Source: an uncultured bacterium (GTDB taxonomy: Bacteria > UBP14 > UBA6098 > B30-G16). Taken from it: a stretch of DNA of 64,000 bases. Positions 27,828-37,674 of the stretch are shown piece after piece. A program made the translations under genes and the position numbers. The notes under the pieces were generated by a model. The model searched no databases and had not been told where the DNA came from. It worked only from the letters and a program-made list of their open reading frames with translations. The number at the start of each line of letters is the position of its first letter. The stretch's first letter is position 1. The stretch covers positions 3,662-67,661 of the forward strand of contig CBEVQY010000008.1 of NCBI GenBank assembly GCA_965552135.1, written 5' to 3'.

Positions 27828-28802
27828 CTATTCAAGCTCGATAAGTAATTCATCCTCCTTATGACCAAAGAGCGCAAGCAATTTTTGGGAGAGTTTGACA
27901 ATCATGTTAGCGTTAAAATTCGTTTCAATGTAAATATCGGTATGATCTATCCGCTCAGGTGCTCTCAATTCCTTTGGATTTTTTGTAAAATACGGTTTCT
28001 TTCTTCCCCTTAGCTCGAGGACTTTGTCAAATTGCTCTTTATGATAGGAGAACATAAGATTAGCGATTGTCAAAAGCATTTCTTTCCAGGACCGCACGGG
28101 ATGTCTGTCACCCCTGAAGGCAATTGCTTTTATTGACTTTCCTGAATAACTTATTTCGCCACTTCTTCCCTTTCTCTTAGTTTTTCTTTCTTCAGCGTTT
28201 GTGGGCGCGGAGGAGGCGTAAATAGGGCTTTTGATGATATGTGCGTGTACAGCCTTACTCACGCCTTCGCGAATGTAGGTTTTGAACTCAACTACACTTG
28301 CCTCAAGCGGCAACGATCGCAAGGTTTCCGCGAGTTCATCGTTATGTTCGTCCACGATGATAATAACGGTGGGCGCTTTCGAATGCACTACATCGCGCAC
28401 GGCTTCAAGAAGTTCGGATGTGCCGATCACCGCTTTAGCTTTGGCAAAGCGGATCTCGTCCGCCTTAAACCAATCATAGAACGCATCCACAAGCTTCACC
28501 TTCTGGTCAGCGCTCTCAAGTGCTCTAGCAAAGCGCGTAACCTGCGGAACTATATGATTATATATATTGTGGGACGAGAGCTCCACCTCAACGGCGAACC
28601 AGCGGCGGTGCTTGAAGTCTATAACGAACCCGTCGGGAATTGAACCAAGTCCCGCGCGCGATTTCAGCCGCCTCTTGGGCAGAAAGAAACTGTGGGAACC
28701 GAAAATATCCTCTGCGTGCTCAATGACGTCCCGTTCGAGCTCGTTTTCGCTTTCGGGTTCGTGCAGAACATAGCGCACTCCATCCATAACCAAAAACTCC
28801 AC
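27828..28802 (-). CDS. PD-(D/E)XK nuclease domain fused to SeqA-C-like domain
   Basis: E.ELE...IPDG...VEVEL N-terminus; linker; SWKEML...GRKKPYFT...P..I..TDIYIETNFNA C-terminus. Confidence 0.65.
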   Translation of the reverse strand: MEFLVMDGVRYVLHEPESENELERDVIEHAEDIFGSHSFFLPKRRLKSRAGLGSIPDGFVIDFKHRRWFAVEVELSSHNIYNHIVPQVTRFARALESADQKVKLVDAFYDWFKADEIRFAKAKAVIGTSELLEAVRDVVHSKAPTVIIIVDEHNDELAETLRSLPLEASVVEFKTYIREGVSKAVHAHIIKSPIYASSAPTNAEERKTKRKGRSGEISYSGKSIKAIAFRGDRHPVRSWKEMLLTIANLMFSYHKEQFDKVLELRGRKKPYFTKNPKELRAPERIDHTDIYIETNFNANMIVKLSQKLLALFGHKEDELLIELE

Positions 28803-28826
28803 AGCCTCACCTCCGCGAGCGACCTA

Positions 28827-29543
28827 CTACTCCGTCGCCTCCAGCAGAAGCTCGACGAGGTCGTAGACCTTGAAGTCGCCTGCCACCTCGGCGCCGTCGG
28901 CGAAGTTTGTGTAGCAGAACGGGCACGACGAAACGACAGCCTCCACACCAAGCGGCTTTAACTGCTGCTCGATCTTCTCTGCGGCGACCTGCACGGCGAG
29001 GTTCGGAAGATACGCCCTCAGAAGCCCTCCCCCGCCGCAGCAGGTGCAGTTTTCGCGCGAAAGCAGAAGCTCTTTGTACTCGATCCCCGGTATTGCCTGG
29101 ACGACGCGTCGCGGCTCGTCGTAAACGCCTGCGCCCTGGCGACCGATGTAACAGGGATCGTGGTAGGCGAGCTTGACCTTTACGGGCTTTGTGGGTTTGA
29201 GCTTGCCCTCGGAGATGAGTCTGTCCAAAAGCTGGGTTATGTGTAGCACCTTAACGCCCAGCGGGTGCCCGAGGAAGTCCTCGTATTCCTTTCCGAGCAT
29301 TGTGAAGCAGTGCGGGCAGGGTGTGACCACCTCGTCCACGCCCGACTCGCTTATGGCTTTTTCGACCTTCCTCGCCTGTTCCACCGTGGCGTCTTTGTAT
29401 CCTGCGAGGAGCAGGGGCGCGCCGCAGCAAAGCTCGTAGCACACCAGGGTGTAGTCCTGACCTGCCCGCTCCAAAAGCTTTTTGAGGTTGCCCGAAAGCC
29501 TCTCGTCCGACCGAGTCGTGCAGCCCAAAAACACGCCGAGCAT
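28827..29543 (-). CDS. Two-CCG-domain Fe-S protein (LutA/HdrB-like)
   Basis: FLGC, CCGAP, CPHC, YHDPC, CCGGGG, CPFC. Confidence 0.88.
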   Translation of the reverse strand: MLGVFLGCTTRSDERLSGNLKKLLERAGQDYTLVCYELCCGAPLLLAGYKDATVEQARKVEKAISESGVDEVVTPCPHCFTMLGKEYEDFLGHPLGVKVLHITQLLDRLISEGKLKPTKPVKVKLAYHDPCYIGRQGAGVYDEPRRVVQAIPGIEYKELLLSRENCTCCGGGGLLRAYLPNLAVQVAAEKIEQQLKPLGVEAVVSSCPFCYTNFADGAEVAGDFKVYDLVELLLEATE

Positions 29544-29633
29544 GATACCCCCTTTGCATGCCTTCCCGATTTCGGACAAAGATAATCGCTTTCCCCCTTG
29601 TCGACAACCATTTTGTATGGGGGCAAAATTGGC

Positions 29634-29661
29634 TTGACCGAAAGCCCTATGGGTTTAAATT
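29634..29661 (+). promoter_or_regulatory. Putative promoter of chemosensory operon
   Basis: TTGACC-16 nt-TAAATT. Confidence 0.45.
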
Positions 29662-29695
29662 GGGTTGCGTCGAGGCTTTCGGCGGTTGGGGGGAG

Positions 29696-30961
29696 ATGAA
29701 GCCGAGGTTTTTCGGACAGTATTTGGTTGAAAACGGCTACATCACCGAGGATGAGCTTGCCGACGCCTTAGAGTATCAGCAGAAAAGGATCATGCGTCTC
29801 GGCGAGATAGCCGTAAAGCAGGGCTACATGACCCCCGAGCAGGTCGAGAAGGTGAACCTCGCCCAGCGCAAAACCGACAAGTTCTTCGGCGAGCTTGCCG
29901 TGGAGATGGGGTTTTTGACCGAGGAGCAGCTGCAGAAGATCATCACGATACAGAAGAACAACCACATCTACCTCGGCGAGGCTTTGGTTGAGAAGGGCTA
30001 TTTGACCCGCGAGCAGCTTGAGAGGTACCTTGAGGACTTCCACGCCGAGCAGGAGCCAATCTCGACCCTCAAGGACATAATCCCCGAGCGGCTTGTGGAG
30101 TGGGAGGAGGTCAGGGTGGTGCTCGATGTCTCGATAAAGATATTCAGGCGCATGGCGAACACCTATCTAAAGCTTGGCAAGGGTTTCTTCAAGGCGCGGC
30201 AGATAGAAAATCTCTACCTTATAAGCGCTGTGCATTTTGCGGGGACGGTTAACTTCCGCTACTTCCTCAACGTTCCCGCCGACGTTGCCTCGACGCTTAC
30301 GCGCAGCCTCTACGGCGACAGGGAGATGGTCTGCGACGACCTGACGGTGTCCGACTGCATGGGCGAGCTTCTTAATGTGATCTGCGGCAACTCAAGCTCG
30401 CAGATCCTCGAGCTTGGCGACAGGGTGAGGATATTCCCTCCCGAGGCGTTGCTTGCCTCCGACTTCCCCGTCCTTGAGCTTGGCGAGGGACGTCAGGCGC
30501 TCGTTTTCCCCGCGAGCGTGCCTGTGGGGTATTTGGAGGTTGGGTTCATCTGGGAGGAGCGCGAGGGCGCCAAGGCAGGAGAGCGTTCGGAGGTCAAGCG
30601 CGTCCTGATAGTGGACGACAGCGCCTTCTGCAGGCAGCAGCTTTCCGACATAATCGGCTCGATCCGTGGTGTTGAGGTTGTGGGCACCGCCCGCGACGGC
30701 GTCGAGGCTTTGGAGATGTTCAGGGAGCTTTCTCCCGATATAGTCATAGTCGACCTTATTATGCCCGGCATGCCCGGCGAGGAGGTTATCGAGCGCATCT
30801 TCGACTACAACAGCCTCGCGAAGGTCATAGTTTTAAGCGGCGTTGGCGGTTCGCCCGAGAAGATCCGTCAGCAGCTTCGCGCAGGCGTTGTGACGGTCAT
30901 CCAAAAGCCCTTCGACGCCCAAAGCGTCGTCGCGGCGGTCAAAAAGGCGGCGGAGGGATGA
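29696..30961 (+). CDS. MshEN-like repeats + CheX/CheC-like phosphatase + receiver domain
   Basis: Four (F/L)G(Q/E)..V..GY.T..(E/Q)L repeats; DCMGELLNVICG (E-x2-N); VLIVDD...VDLIMP...QKPF. Confidence 0.8.
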   Translation: MKPRFFGQYLVENGYITEDELADALEYQQKRIMRLGEIAVKQGYMTPEQVEKVNLAQRKTDKFFGELAVEMGFLTEEQLQKIITIQKNNHIYLGEALVEKGYLTREQLERYLEDFHAEQEPISTLKDIIPERLVEWEEVRVVLDVSIKIFRRMANTYLKLGKGFFKARQIENLYLISAVHFAGTVNFRYFLNVPADVASTLTRSLYGDREMVCDDLTVSDCMGELLNVICGNSSSQILELGDRVRIFPPEALLASDFPVLELGEGRQALVFPASVPVGYLEVGFIWEEREGAKAGERSEVKRVLIVDDSAFCRQQLSDIIGSIRGVEVVGTARDGVEALEMFRELSPDIVIVDLIMPGMPGEEVIERIFDYNSLAKVIVLSGVGGSPEKIRQQLRAGVVTVIQKPFDAQSVVAAVKKAAEG

Positions 30962-31440
30962 ACGCGGAAAAGCTCATAGTCTTTCATGCGGGCGGGGTCA
31001 GGTTCGGCGTAAGGCTCCTTGACGTTGCCGAGGTTGTTGATGTGGAGGACCTCGAGCCTTTGGAGGGCAGCTTTCCCTACCGCGCTGCGCGCTTGAGGGA
31101 CGATGTGGTCTTTTGGGTCGACCTCGGCGCGAAGTTCGGGCTTGGGGCTTTATCCGGCTGCAGCCGTCTTATCCTCTTCCAGCTGCCTGTGCCCTTTGGT
31201 CTTGCGGTCCCTGCGCCGCTTGACGTTGCCCAGGTGGGCGATGATGACCTCAAGCCTGTGCCCCGGCTTATCTCGACCTCCGCGGCGGGAAGGTATGTGG
31301 CATCCTTTGCCGTCGTGAGGGATGAGGTCGTTCTTGTGCTTGAGCCCACGGCGCTCCTTTCGCCCGACGAGCTTGCGGAGCTCATCCAGGCAAGGCAGAA
31401 GCTTTTGACCCAGGTGCGCGCGAAGGTGGCAAAGGTATGA
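30958..31440 (+). CDS. cheW: Divergent CheW-like adaptor
   Basis: LIVF...RFGV...V.EVV, LRDDV..VDL...GL, VLVLEP..LL. Confidence 0.72.
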   Translation: MNAEKLIVFHAGGVRFGVRLLDVAEVVDVEDLEPLEGSFPYRAARLRDDVVFWVDLGAKFGLGALSGCSRLILFQLPVPFGLAVPAPLDVAQVGDDDLKPVPRLISTSAAGRYVASFAVVRDEVVLVLEPTALLSPDELAELIQARQKLLTQVRAKVAKV

Positions 31441-33521
31441 GGCGACTTGCGGCTATATTTCTGTCCTTCGCCTTTGTGCTTGCCCAGGAGGGCGGGCTTG
31501 AGGACCTTTCGCTCGAGGAGCTTTTGAAGGTCAAGGTTGAGTCTTCGGCGCAAAAGGTTTTGCGGATAACCCAGGCGCCCTCCGTGATAAGGGTCATCAC
31601 AGCCGACCAGATCCGCGCGCACGGCTACCGCAGCGTGGGCGAAGCCCTGAGGTCGGTGCCGGGGCTTTATGTGTCGTCCGATTACGTTGGCTTCAGCGTC
31701 AACGTGAGGGGCGTAAGCAACGGCATGCGCTGCTGGAGCAGGATCGTCAAGGTTATGATCGACGGTCAGCCCGTCTCGTTCGGTTACAGCGACGTGAACT
31801 TCCTCGGTCCCGAGTTTATTCCGATAGACGTCGTCGACCGCATCGAGGTCATTCTCGGTACAGGCTCGGCGCTGTATGGCTCCGACGCCTTTTTGTGCGT
31901 GGTAAACGTGGTGACCAAAACGGGCAGCGACGTCGACGGCTTCGTTTTGCGCGCCGACGCCGGCACGGAAAACTCCAAAGACGCATCCTTTGCCGCAAGC
32001 TTTTCGGCGGGCAAGAAGAAGGGGGGCATCGATTACGTCTTTGCCGTCTCGGGCGTTCACGCCAACCGCTCGGGGCTTTCGGTGCCGGAGCTTTCGCCGA
32101 ACTACGAGGCATACAAGGCGCTCAAAAGCGAAGACGACCTCGCAAAGCCCATAAGCTTTTTCGGAAAGCTCGGGTACAAAAGCGCGCAGCTTGGCGAGGT
32201 GAGGCTTTCCGGAGGGGTTCAGTACCTCAACACCAACGCCGAGTTCGCCGACTGGGGTCCGCTCACACACCAAAACACCCTCTCGGTGCACAACTACTAC
32301 CTTCGGCTTGGCTGGGAGCGCAGGTTTAAGAGGAACGTTTACGCGAAGTTTTACGCTTCCTGCAGCGGCGGAGGTCCGGGCGCCGGCGAAAGGCTCGACT
32401 ACGGCAGCGACATCCACTACGAGCACCGTGACTTCGGCTACCTAACCCTCTCCGCAGACGCGCAGCTTGAGTACTCACCGTCCGATAAGATAAGCATAGC
32501 CGGCGGCGCAAGGCTTGTTTCCGAAAACTACGAGCTTGAGAGGATCTGGTCCTTTTTCAGGACCGACTTCGGCGAACATGCCGAGGGCGACTCGGTCGCA
32601 ATAAGCGGCGAGGGGAAGGACACAACGTTTTCGGACTACAGCCTCTACACCCAGGCGATATACAACGCCACGCCGAGTTTGAGCTTCACCCAGGGTCTTG
32701 TTTACGACAAGCACAGCGCCTACGGCGATTTTTGGACGGTGCGCTTCGGCGCGGTGTACAAGTTCTCGGAGGAGGGGAGGCTAAAGTTCCTCTTCGGCTC
32801 TTCGTTTAACGTTCCGTCGCCGCAACTTCTTTTCGCAAAGCCGCTTTACCCCGGCGACGTCGTTGGAAATCCCGAGCTTGTGCCCGAGCAGGCAAAAACC
32901 TTCGATATCGAGCTTACGCCACTCACCACCGAGGACATAAGCGTCTCCTTCGACGCGTTCTACAACCTCGTCTACAACAAGCTTGGCTTTGCCTACGAGG
33001 ACGGCATCATAAAGGCGCGCAACTACGACAACGTCAAGGTCATGGGCGTTGAGGGCGAACTTAGGTGGAGCTACAAGAACTTCACCACGCGCTGGACCGT
33101 TTCGTACCAGCACACGAAGCGCGCCGGCGCCGCCGAGGGCGTGCCACCCGCCGGAAGGGCGGAGCTTGTGGACGAAGTCTCGTTCGAATACCCCAGGGTG
33201 CTTTCGTACAGCAGCTTCGTTTACTCCATCCCAAAGCTTAAGCTCGCCATAGGGTTCGAGCAGCAGTACGTTGGCGAGCGCAACGCATCGCAGCCAAACA
33301 TCGCACTAAACGGTGGAAAGACCTACAAGCTTGGGGCGTATCAGATATACAACCTGAACATATCCACCATAAGGCTAAGGCTTTTGGGCAGGCACGAGAC
33401 GAAGTTTACCCTTACGGTTCGCAACCTGACCGACGAAAGCTACGTGGAGCCGGGCTACAACGGTCTTGACGTGCCGGGGATGAGGCGAACGGTTTACCTT
33501 GGCGTTTCGCAGGTGTTCTGA
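31437..33521 (+). CDS. TonB-dependent outer-membrane receptor
   Basis: LSLEELL.VKV.S start; plug APS.I.VIT..QI...G, RIEVI.G.GSALYG; GNPEL.PE; NLTD; C-terminal F. Confidence 0.92.
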   Translation: MRRLAAIFLSFAFVLAQEGGLEDLSLEELLKVKVESSAQKVLRITQAPSVIRVITADQIRAHGYRSVGEALRSVPGLYVSSDYVGFSVNVRGVSNGMRCWSRIVKVMIDGQPVSFGYSDVNFLGPEFIPIDVVDRIEVILGTGSALYGSDAFLCVVNVVTKTGSDVDGFVLRADAGTENSKDASFAASFSAGKKKGGIDYVFAVSGVHANRSGLSVPELSPNYEAYKALKSEDDLAKPISFFGKLGYKSAQLGEVRLSGGVQYLNTNAEFADWGPLTHQNTLSVHNYYLRLGWERRFKRNVYAKFYASCSGGGPGAGERLDYGSDIHYEHRDFGYLTLSADAQLEYSPSDKISIAGGARLVSENYELERIWSFFRTDFGEHAEGDSVAISGEGKDTTFSDYSLYTQAIYNATPSLSFTQGLVYDKHSAYGDFWTVRFGAVYKFSEEGRLKFLFGSSFNVPSPQLLFAKPLYPGDVVGNPELVPEQAKTFDIELTPLTTEDISVSFDAFYNLVYNKLGFAYEDGIIKARNYDNVKVMGVEGELRWSYKNFTTRWTVSYQHTKRAGAAEGVPPAGRAELVDEVSFEYPRVLSYSSFVYSIPKLKLAIGFEQQYVGERNASQPNIALNGGKTYKLGAYQIYNLNISTIRLRLLGRHETKFTLTVRNLTDESYVEPGYNGLDVPGMRRTVYLGVSQVF

Positions 33522-34783
33522 TGCGGTTTTTGCGGTGGGGCATAGGCGTTTTTGGTGCGCTTTTTCTGGCGGGGTGCGCCACAGACAGCGGCACCCAGCC
33601 CTCGCGCCCCGGGGGCGAGGACGTCGTTCGCGTCGGGGTGCTTCTGCCCTTCAGCGGCGAGTGCGGCTCCTTCGGTCCTGCTGCGCTTAAGGCGATAGAG
33701 GTCGCGACAGATGAGATCAACGCCGCAGGCGGCGTTTTGGGCAGGATGATCGAGCTTGTGGTGCGGGACACGAGGACAGATCCCTTCTGGGCTTCGCTTG
33801 CGGCGACGGAGCTTGTTGAGGACGAGGGGGTTTTCGCCATCCTCGGCGGCGACGCCTCCGATGTAGCCGAGGCGGTGCTCGAGGTTGCGGCGGAGCACGG
33901 GACGTTCCTCATCTCCGGCGCCGCCTCATCCGTCGAGCTCAGCAGCCCCGACGTCGACGTATACAGCGCCTTCTTCAGAACCGTGCCCACAACCGCGCAC
34001 GAAGGGCAGGTTATGGCTATGCAAGCGCTCAGGATGGGCGACAGCACCGCCAAAATCATCTACGTCGACGACTCGTACGGCAGAACGCTTATGGAGCAGT
34101 TCACGACGAGGTTCGAAAGCAGGGGCGGCGTTGTCGAGAGGGCGGTTCCCTTCGAGGTCGGCAAGGCGTCGTACGCGCAGGAGCTTGAGTCGCTTTTCTG
34201 CGCCGAAAGCGTCGCCGCGCAGAGCGAGCCCCTCGTCGTTCTCATCGCATACCCCATCTCGGGCGCAACTATCGTGAGGGACTGGCGGGCAAGCGGCTTT
34301 GGCGCCAAGTGGCTTTTGTGCGATGCCCTCAAGTCGGAGGAGTTCGTCCTCTCAGCCGGAGCGGAGAACGTGGAGGGGATGTACGGGATATCGCCCTACT
34401 ACGGCAGCGACAACTACGCCAACTACGACCGCTTCAGCGAAGCTTTTGAGGATATGTGGGGTGAGGATCCTGCGCTGCACAGGTGCACCGAGCACTGGTA
34501 CGACGCCATGATCCTGCTTGCCTACGCCATCCTCCGCGCCGACACGCTCGATCCGGCTGCGGTCAAGGACTCGCTTCAGGCGGTCTCCGCAGGGGGGGAC
34601 TCCGTCGTGTACGTTGGCGAGTTTGAGAGGGGCAAGCGAATCCTTGAGGCGGGCGAAGATATAAACTACGAGGGCGCTTCGGGCAGCGTGAACTTCGACG
34701 CAAGCGGCGATGTGGTCGGTACGTTTGAGCTTTGGAGGATAGAGGAAGGCGAAATAGTCTCGCAGGGCGATGTGAACCCATGA
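33521..34783 (+). CDS. Periplasmic binding lipoprotein (LivJ/type 1 fold)
   Basis: LAG-C lipobox; VGVLLP.SG, EINAAGGVLGR, FFRTVP, INYEGASG.VNFD.SGD. Confidence 0.88.
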   Translation: MRFLRWGIGVFGALFLAGCATDSGTQPSRPGGEDVVRVGVLLPFSGECGSFGPAALKAIEVATDEINAAGGVLGRMIELVVRDTRTDPFWASLAATELVEDEGVFAILGGDASDVAEAVLEVAAEHGTFLISGAASSVELSSPDVDVYSAFFRTVPTTAHEGQVMAMQALRMGDSTAKIIYVDDSYGRTLMEQFTTRFESRGGVVERAVPFEVGKASYAQELESLFCAESVAAQSEPLVVLIAYPISGATIVRDWRASGFGAKWLLCDALKSEEFVLSAGAENVEGMYGISPYYGSDNYANYDRFSEAFEDMWGEDPALHRCTEHWYDAMILLAYAILRADTLDPAAVKDSLQAVSAGGDSVVYVGEFERGKRILEAGEDINYEGASGSVNFDASGDVVGTFELWRIEEGEIVSQGDVNP

Positions 34784-35337
34784 GGGCATTTTCGAAAATA
34801 TGTGCGCTTTTGGCGGTGGTCTCCGCGGCTTTTGCGCAGCAGTACGTCCGCGTCGACCTGCAGGTCAACCTCTTTATGAAGATCCTCCGCTACGACCGAA
34901 ACATCGCCACCCGCGGAAAGGGCGGGATTAAGATGGGCGTCCTTTTCAACCCAAAGGTGAGGTCGTCGGTCAGGATCAAGGACAAGTTCATCGAGGAGTT
35001 CGAGCTTCTGGAGAACAAGTCGATAAAGGGGATCCCCGTCTTCGTCGTTCCCGTTGCGGGCGTCGCTAAGCTTGAGGAGTCGATCGCAAGCTACGGGATA
35101 AACGTCCTCTACATCTGCCCCGGCTTCGACAAGGAGCTTGACGGGATACTTTCCGTCTGTCGTGAAAACTCGGTTTTGACGCTTACGGGCGTTCAGGAGT
35201 ATGCGGAGGGCGGCGTTGCCGTTGGTCTTGGGATCAAGGAGGGCAGACCGGAGATAATCGTCAATCTGCCCGTTGCCAAAGAGGTTGGCGCGAACTTCGG
35301 CGCCGACCTGCTCAAGCTCGCAAGGGTCATAAAGTAA
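34780..35337 (+). CDS. YfiR family periplasmic protein
   Basis: Signal peptide; LFMKILRYD; VLT.T...Y...GVAVGL....RP.I.VNL..A...G..F...LLKLARVI tail. Confidence 0.8.
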   Translation: MRAFSKICALLAVVSAAFAQQYVRVDLQVNLFMKILRYDRNIATRGKGGIKMGVLFNPKVRSSVRIKDKFIEEFELLENKSIKGIPVFVVPVAGVAKLEESIASYGINVLYICPGFDKELDGILSVCRENSVLTLTGVQEYAEGGVAVGLGIKEGRPEIIVNLPVAKEVGANFGADLLKLARVIK

Positions 35338-35348
35338 ACGGAGGGGGT

Positions 35349-36839
35349 ATGAGCGTTTTGAAGAGGCTTTCTCTGAGGTTTAAAATTTCCCTAAGCTTTG
35401 TATTGGCATTTGCGGCGCTTGTCGTCTTCATCCTGATCTTCTTCCCAGCCCAGCAAAGCCTTCAGGTGCGCAAGGCTTTGGAGGACAAGACTCTCTCCAT
35501 AGCCAAGATGGTCGCGATGAACGTTGCGCCCGGTCTTGAGTTCGAGGACAAGGAAATGGTCCAGGAGGCTTTTCGCAGCGCCGCCCAGGACCCCGACCTC
35601 GACTTCATCGCCGTCTTCGACAACGACAACAACCTCTTTGCCGCATACAACTTCAGGCAGAGCTTTGGGATAGCCTCGGTGAAGGAGGGGATGTCGATAA
35701 GCGGTGATCTTCTTTTGTGCAAGCTCCCCGTGACCTCGGAGGGGATGAGGCTTGGCTACCTTCTTGTGGGGATGTCCCTTTCGAGGATAAAGGGTCAGAT
35801 AGCGCGCTACAGGGCGCTTGTTGTGGTTGTGAGCGTTTTGGTGCTCGTTTTCGGTGGACTTTTGGGCTTTTTGGTGGGCGGCGCCATAGCCAAGCCGATG
35901 GTGACGCTCGCCCAAAGGTCCGCGGAGATATCGGAGCGGGCGGGCGACCTGACAACACAGATACCCGTCGTCACGCAGGATGAGGTCGGTCAGCTTGCCG
36001 CCGCCTTCAACAAAATGATCGCAGGACTCAGGGGGATGATAGTCAAGGTCCTTCAGACCGCCAACGACGTCTCGGAGATGGTCAAAAAGCTTTCGATAAG
36101 CTCGCAGGACATAAGCGCCACGACGCAGGAGGTATCCTCGACGATACAGGAGATCTCAGCCGGCGCCGCGAAGACCGCTCAGCGAGTCGACGAGACATCG
36201 AAGGTTATGGAGGAGATGGTTTCAAGCGTTGCAACGATAACCCAAAGCGTGCAGGAGGCGGTGGAGAAGATAAACGAGATAAGCCGCAGCGTCGACGCGG
36301 CGATGGCTGTCGTCGAGGAGCTTGCCGCATACTCCGACAAGATAGGGGAGTTTGTGAACGTCATAAGTGACATCGCCAACCAGACGAACCTTCTTGCTCT
36401 CAACGCTTCGATCGAGGCTGCGCGCGCCGGCGAGGCGGGAAGGGGCTTTACGGTCGTTGCCGAGGAGGTCAAAAAGCTTGCCGAAAACTCCGGAGATGCC
36501 GCAAACGAAATAAACCGCCTCATAGCCGATATCCGCGAGAAGATCGACGATGCCGTCGAGCGGATGAAGGCAAGCTCGAGGCGCGTTGAGGAGGGGAAGG
36601 AGGTTATAGCCAACGTTTCGTCGCAGGTTGAGGGGATAATGACGCGGGGAGCGCGGCGCGTGGAGGAGAAGATAAGCGAGATAGCCGCGATGTCGGAGGA
36701 CGCCGCAAGCGCAACCGAGGAAACCTCCGCCGCCACAGAGGAGATCACAAGCTCCATGGAGCAGATGAACACCCTCATCCAGCAGCTCTACAGCCGCGCT
36801 GCGGAACTCAGAGAGCTTGTGGCAAAATTCAAGGTCTAA
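35349..36839 (+). CDS. Methyl-accepting chemotaxis protein (TM, small periplasmic CHASE8/Cache-like domain, TM, HAMP, signalling domain)
   Basis: L.F.D...VQE sensor pattern; [14 protein letters not shown]; [26 protein letters not shown]. Confidence 0.95.
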   Translation: MSVLKRLSLRFKISLSFVLAFAALVVFILIFFPAQQSLQVRKALEDKTLSIAKMVAMNVAPGLEFEDKEMVQEAFRSAAQDPDLDFIAVFDNDNNLFAAYNFRQSFGIASVKEGMSISGDLLLCKLPVTSEGMRLGYLLVGMSLSRIKGQIARYRALVVVVSVLVLVFGGLLGFLVGGAIAKPMVTLAQRSAEISERAGDLTTQIPVVTQDEVGQLAAAFNKMIAGLRGMIVKVLQTANDVSEMVKKLSISSQDISATTQEVSSTIQEISAGAAKTAQRVDETSKVMEEMVSSVATITQSVQEAVEKINEISRSVDAAMAVVEELAAYSDKIGEFVNVISDIANQTNLLALNASIEAARAGEAGRGFTVVAEEVKKLAENSGDAANEINRLIADIREKIDDAVERMKASSRRVEEGKEVIANVSSQVEGIMTRGARRVEEKISEIAAMSEDAASATEETSAATEEITSSMEQMNTLIQQLYSRAAELRELVAKFKV

Positions 36840-36849
36840 AAAGCTTGTT

Positions 36850-37671
36850 ATGCTGCTTTCCCCACCCGACATACCGGCGGAGTATGTCGACAGGCTCATC
36901 CGCGACATCAAAGCCCGATACGACGTCGACTTCTCCGGCTACAACCGGAACTTCCTGCGCAGGCGCATCGCCAGCCGCATGAACAGAACCGGCATAAGGT
37001 CCCCGGCGCTTTACCACAGGTTTATCATGAGCAACCCTGCGGAGCTTAGCCAGCTTCTGCAGAACCTGACGATAAACGTCTCGGAGTTTATGAGGAACCC
37101 CGAGGTCTTCGAGAGGCTTGAGCGCTTTGTTCTGCCCCGGCTTGCGGAGCGCGCCTCGCCAAGACCGATACGCGTGTGGACGGCGGGCTGCTCCCGCGGT
37201 GAAGAGCCGTACTCCATCGCAATAATCGCCCGCAAGCTGGGCATAGCCGAAGGCCCCGGCGTATTTGTCCTGGCAACCGACATCGATGAGTTCGCGCTCC
37301 GGCTGGCGAAGGCGGGGATCTACGACTCGTCGAGCCTGAAGAACTTGCAGCCTGCGGATATCATCCGCTTCTTCGAAAGACTTGGCGACGGGAGGTTCGC
37401 CGTAAAGCCCGAGGTGAAAAGGCTTGTGGTCTTCAGAAAGCACGACGTCGTAAGCGGACCCGACATCGGCAGGTTCGACCTCATCGTTTGCCGCAACGTG
37501 AGCATCTACTTCACAAGGCGCTTCCAGGAGGCGATGTACCGCCGCTTCTTCCGCGACCTCCTCGACGGGGGCTACCTTATAATCGGCAAGACCGAGCTCC
37601 CGCCAACGCGCATAGGGAGGCTTTTCGTCGAGGTCGACCTCGAAAACAGGATCTACCAGAAGGCTGGGTAG
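36850..37671 (+). CDS. cheR: Chemotaxis methyltransferase
   Basis: TINVSEFMRN, WTAGCSRGEEPYS, ATDID, FDLIVCRNV.IYF. Confidence 0.95.
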   Translation: MLLSPPDIPAEYVDRLIRDIKARYDVDFSGYNRNFLRRRIASRMNRTGIRSPALYHRFIMSNPAELSQLLQNLTINVSEFMRNPEVFERLERFVLPRLAERASPRPIRVWTAGCSRGEEPYSIAIIARKLGIAEGPGVFVLATDIDEFALRLAKAGIYDSSSLKNLQPADIIRFFERLGDGRFAVKPEVKRLVVFRKHDVVSGPDIGRFDLIVCRNVSIYFTRRFQEAMYRRFFRDLLDGGYLIIGKTELPPTRIGRLFVEVDLENRIYQKAG

Positions 37672-37674
37672 GCT

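Larger units (their letters stand above)
23230..28810. mobile_element. AT-richer inserted island between lutA-like and lutB genes; no integrase or transposase seen
   Basis: Visible compositional shift; TA and nuclease cargo; all genes co-oriented with the host operon; boundaries approximate. Confidence 0.65.

Noticed and set aside
31300-31437. Cobalamin riboswitch or Fur box before the TonB receptor
   Set aside because: The gene overlaps cheW (ATGA); there is no leader
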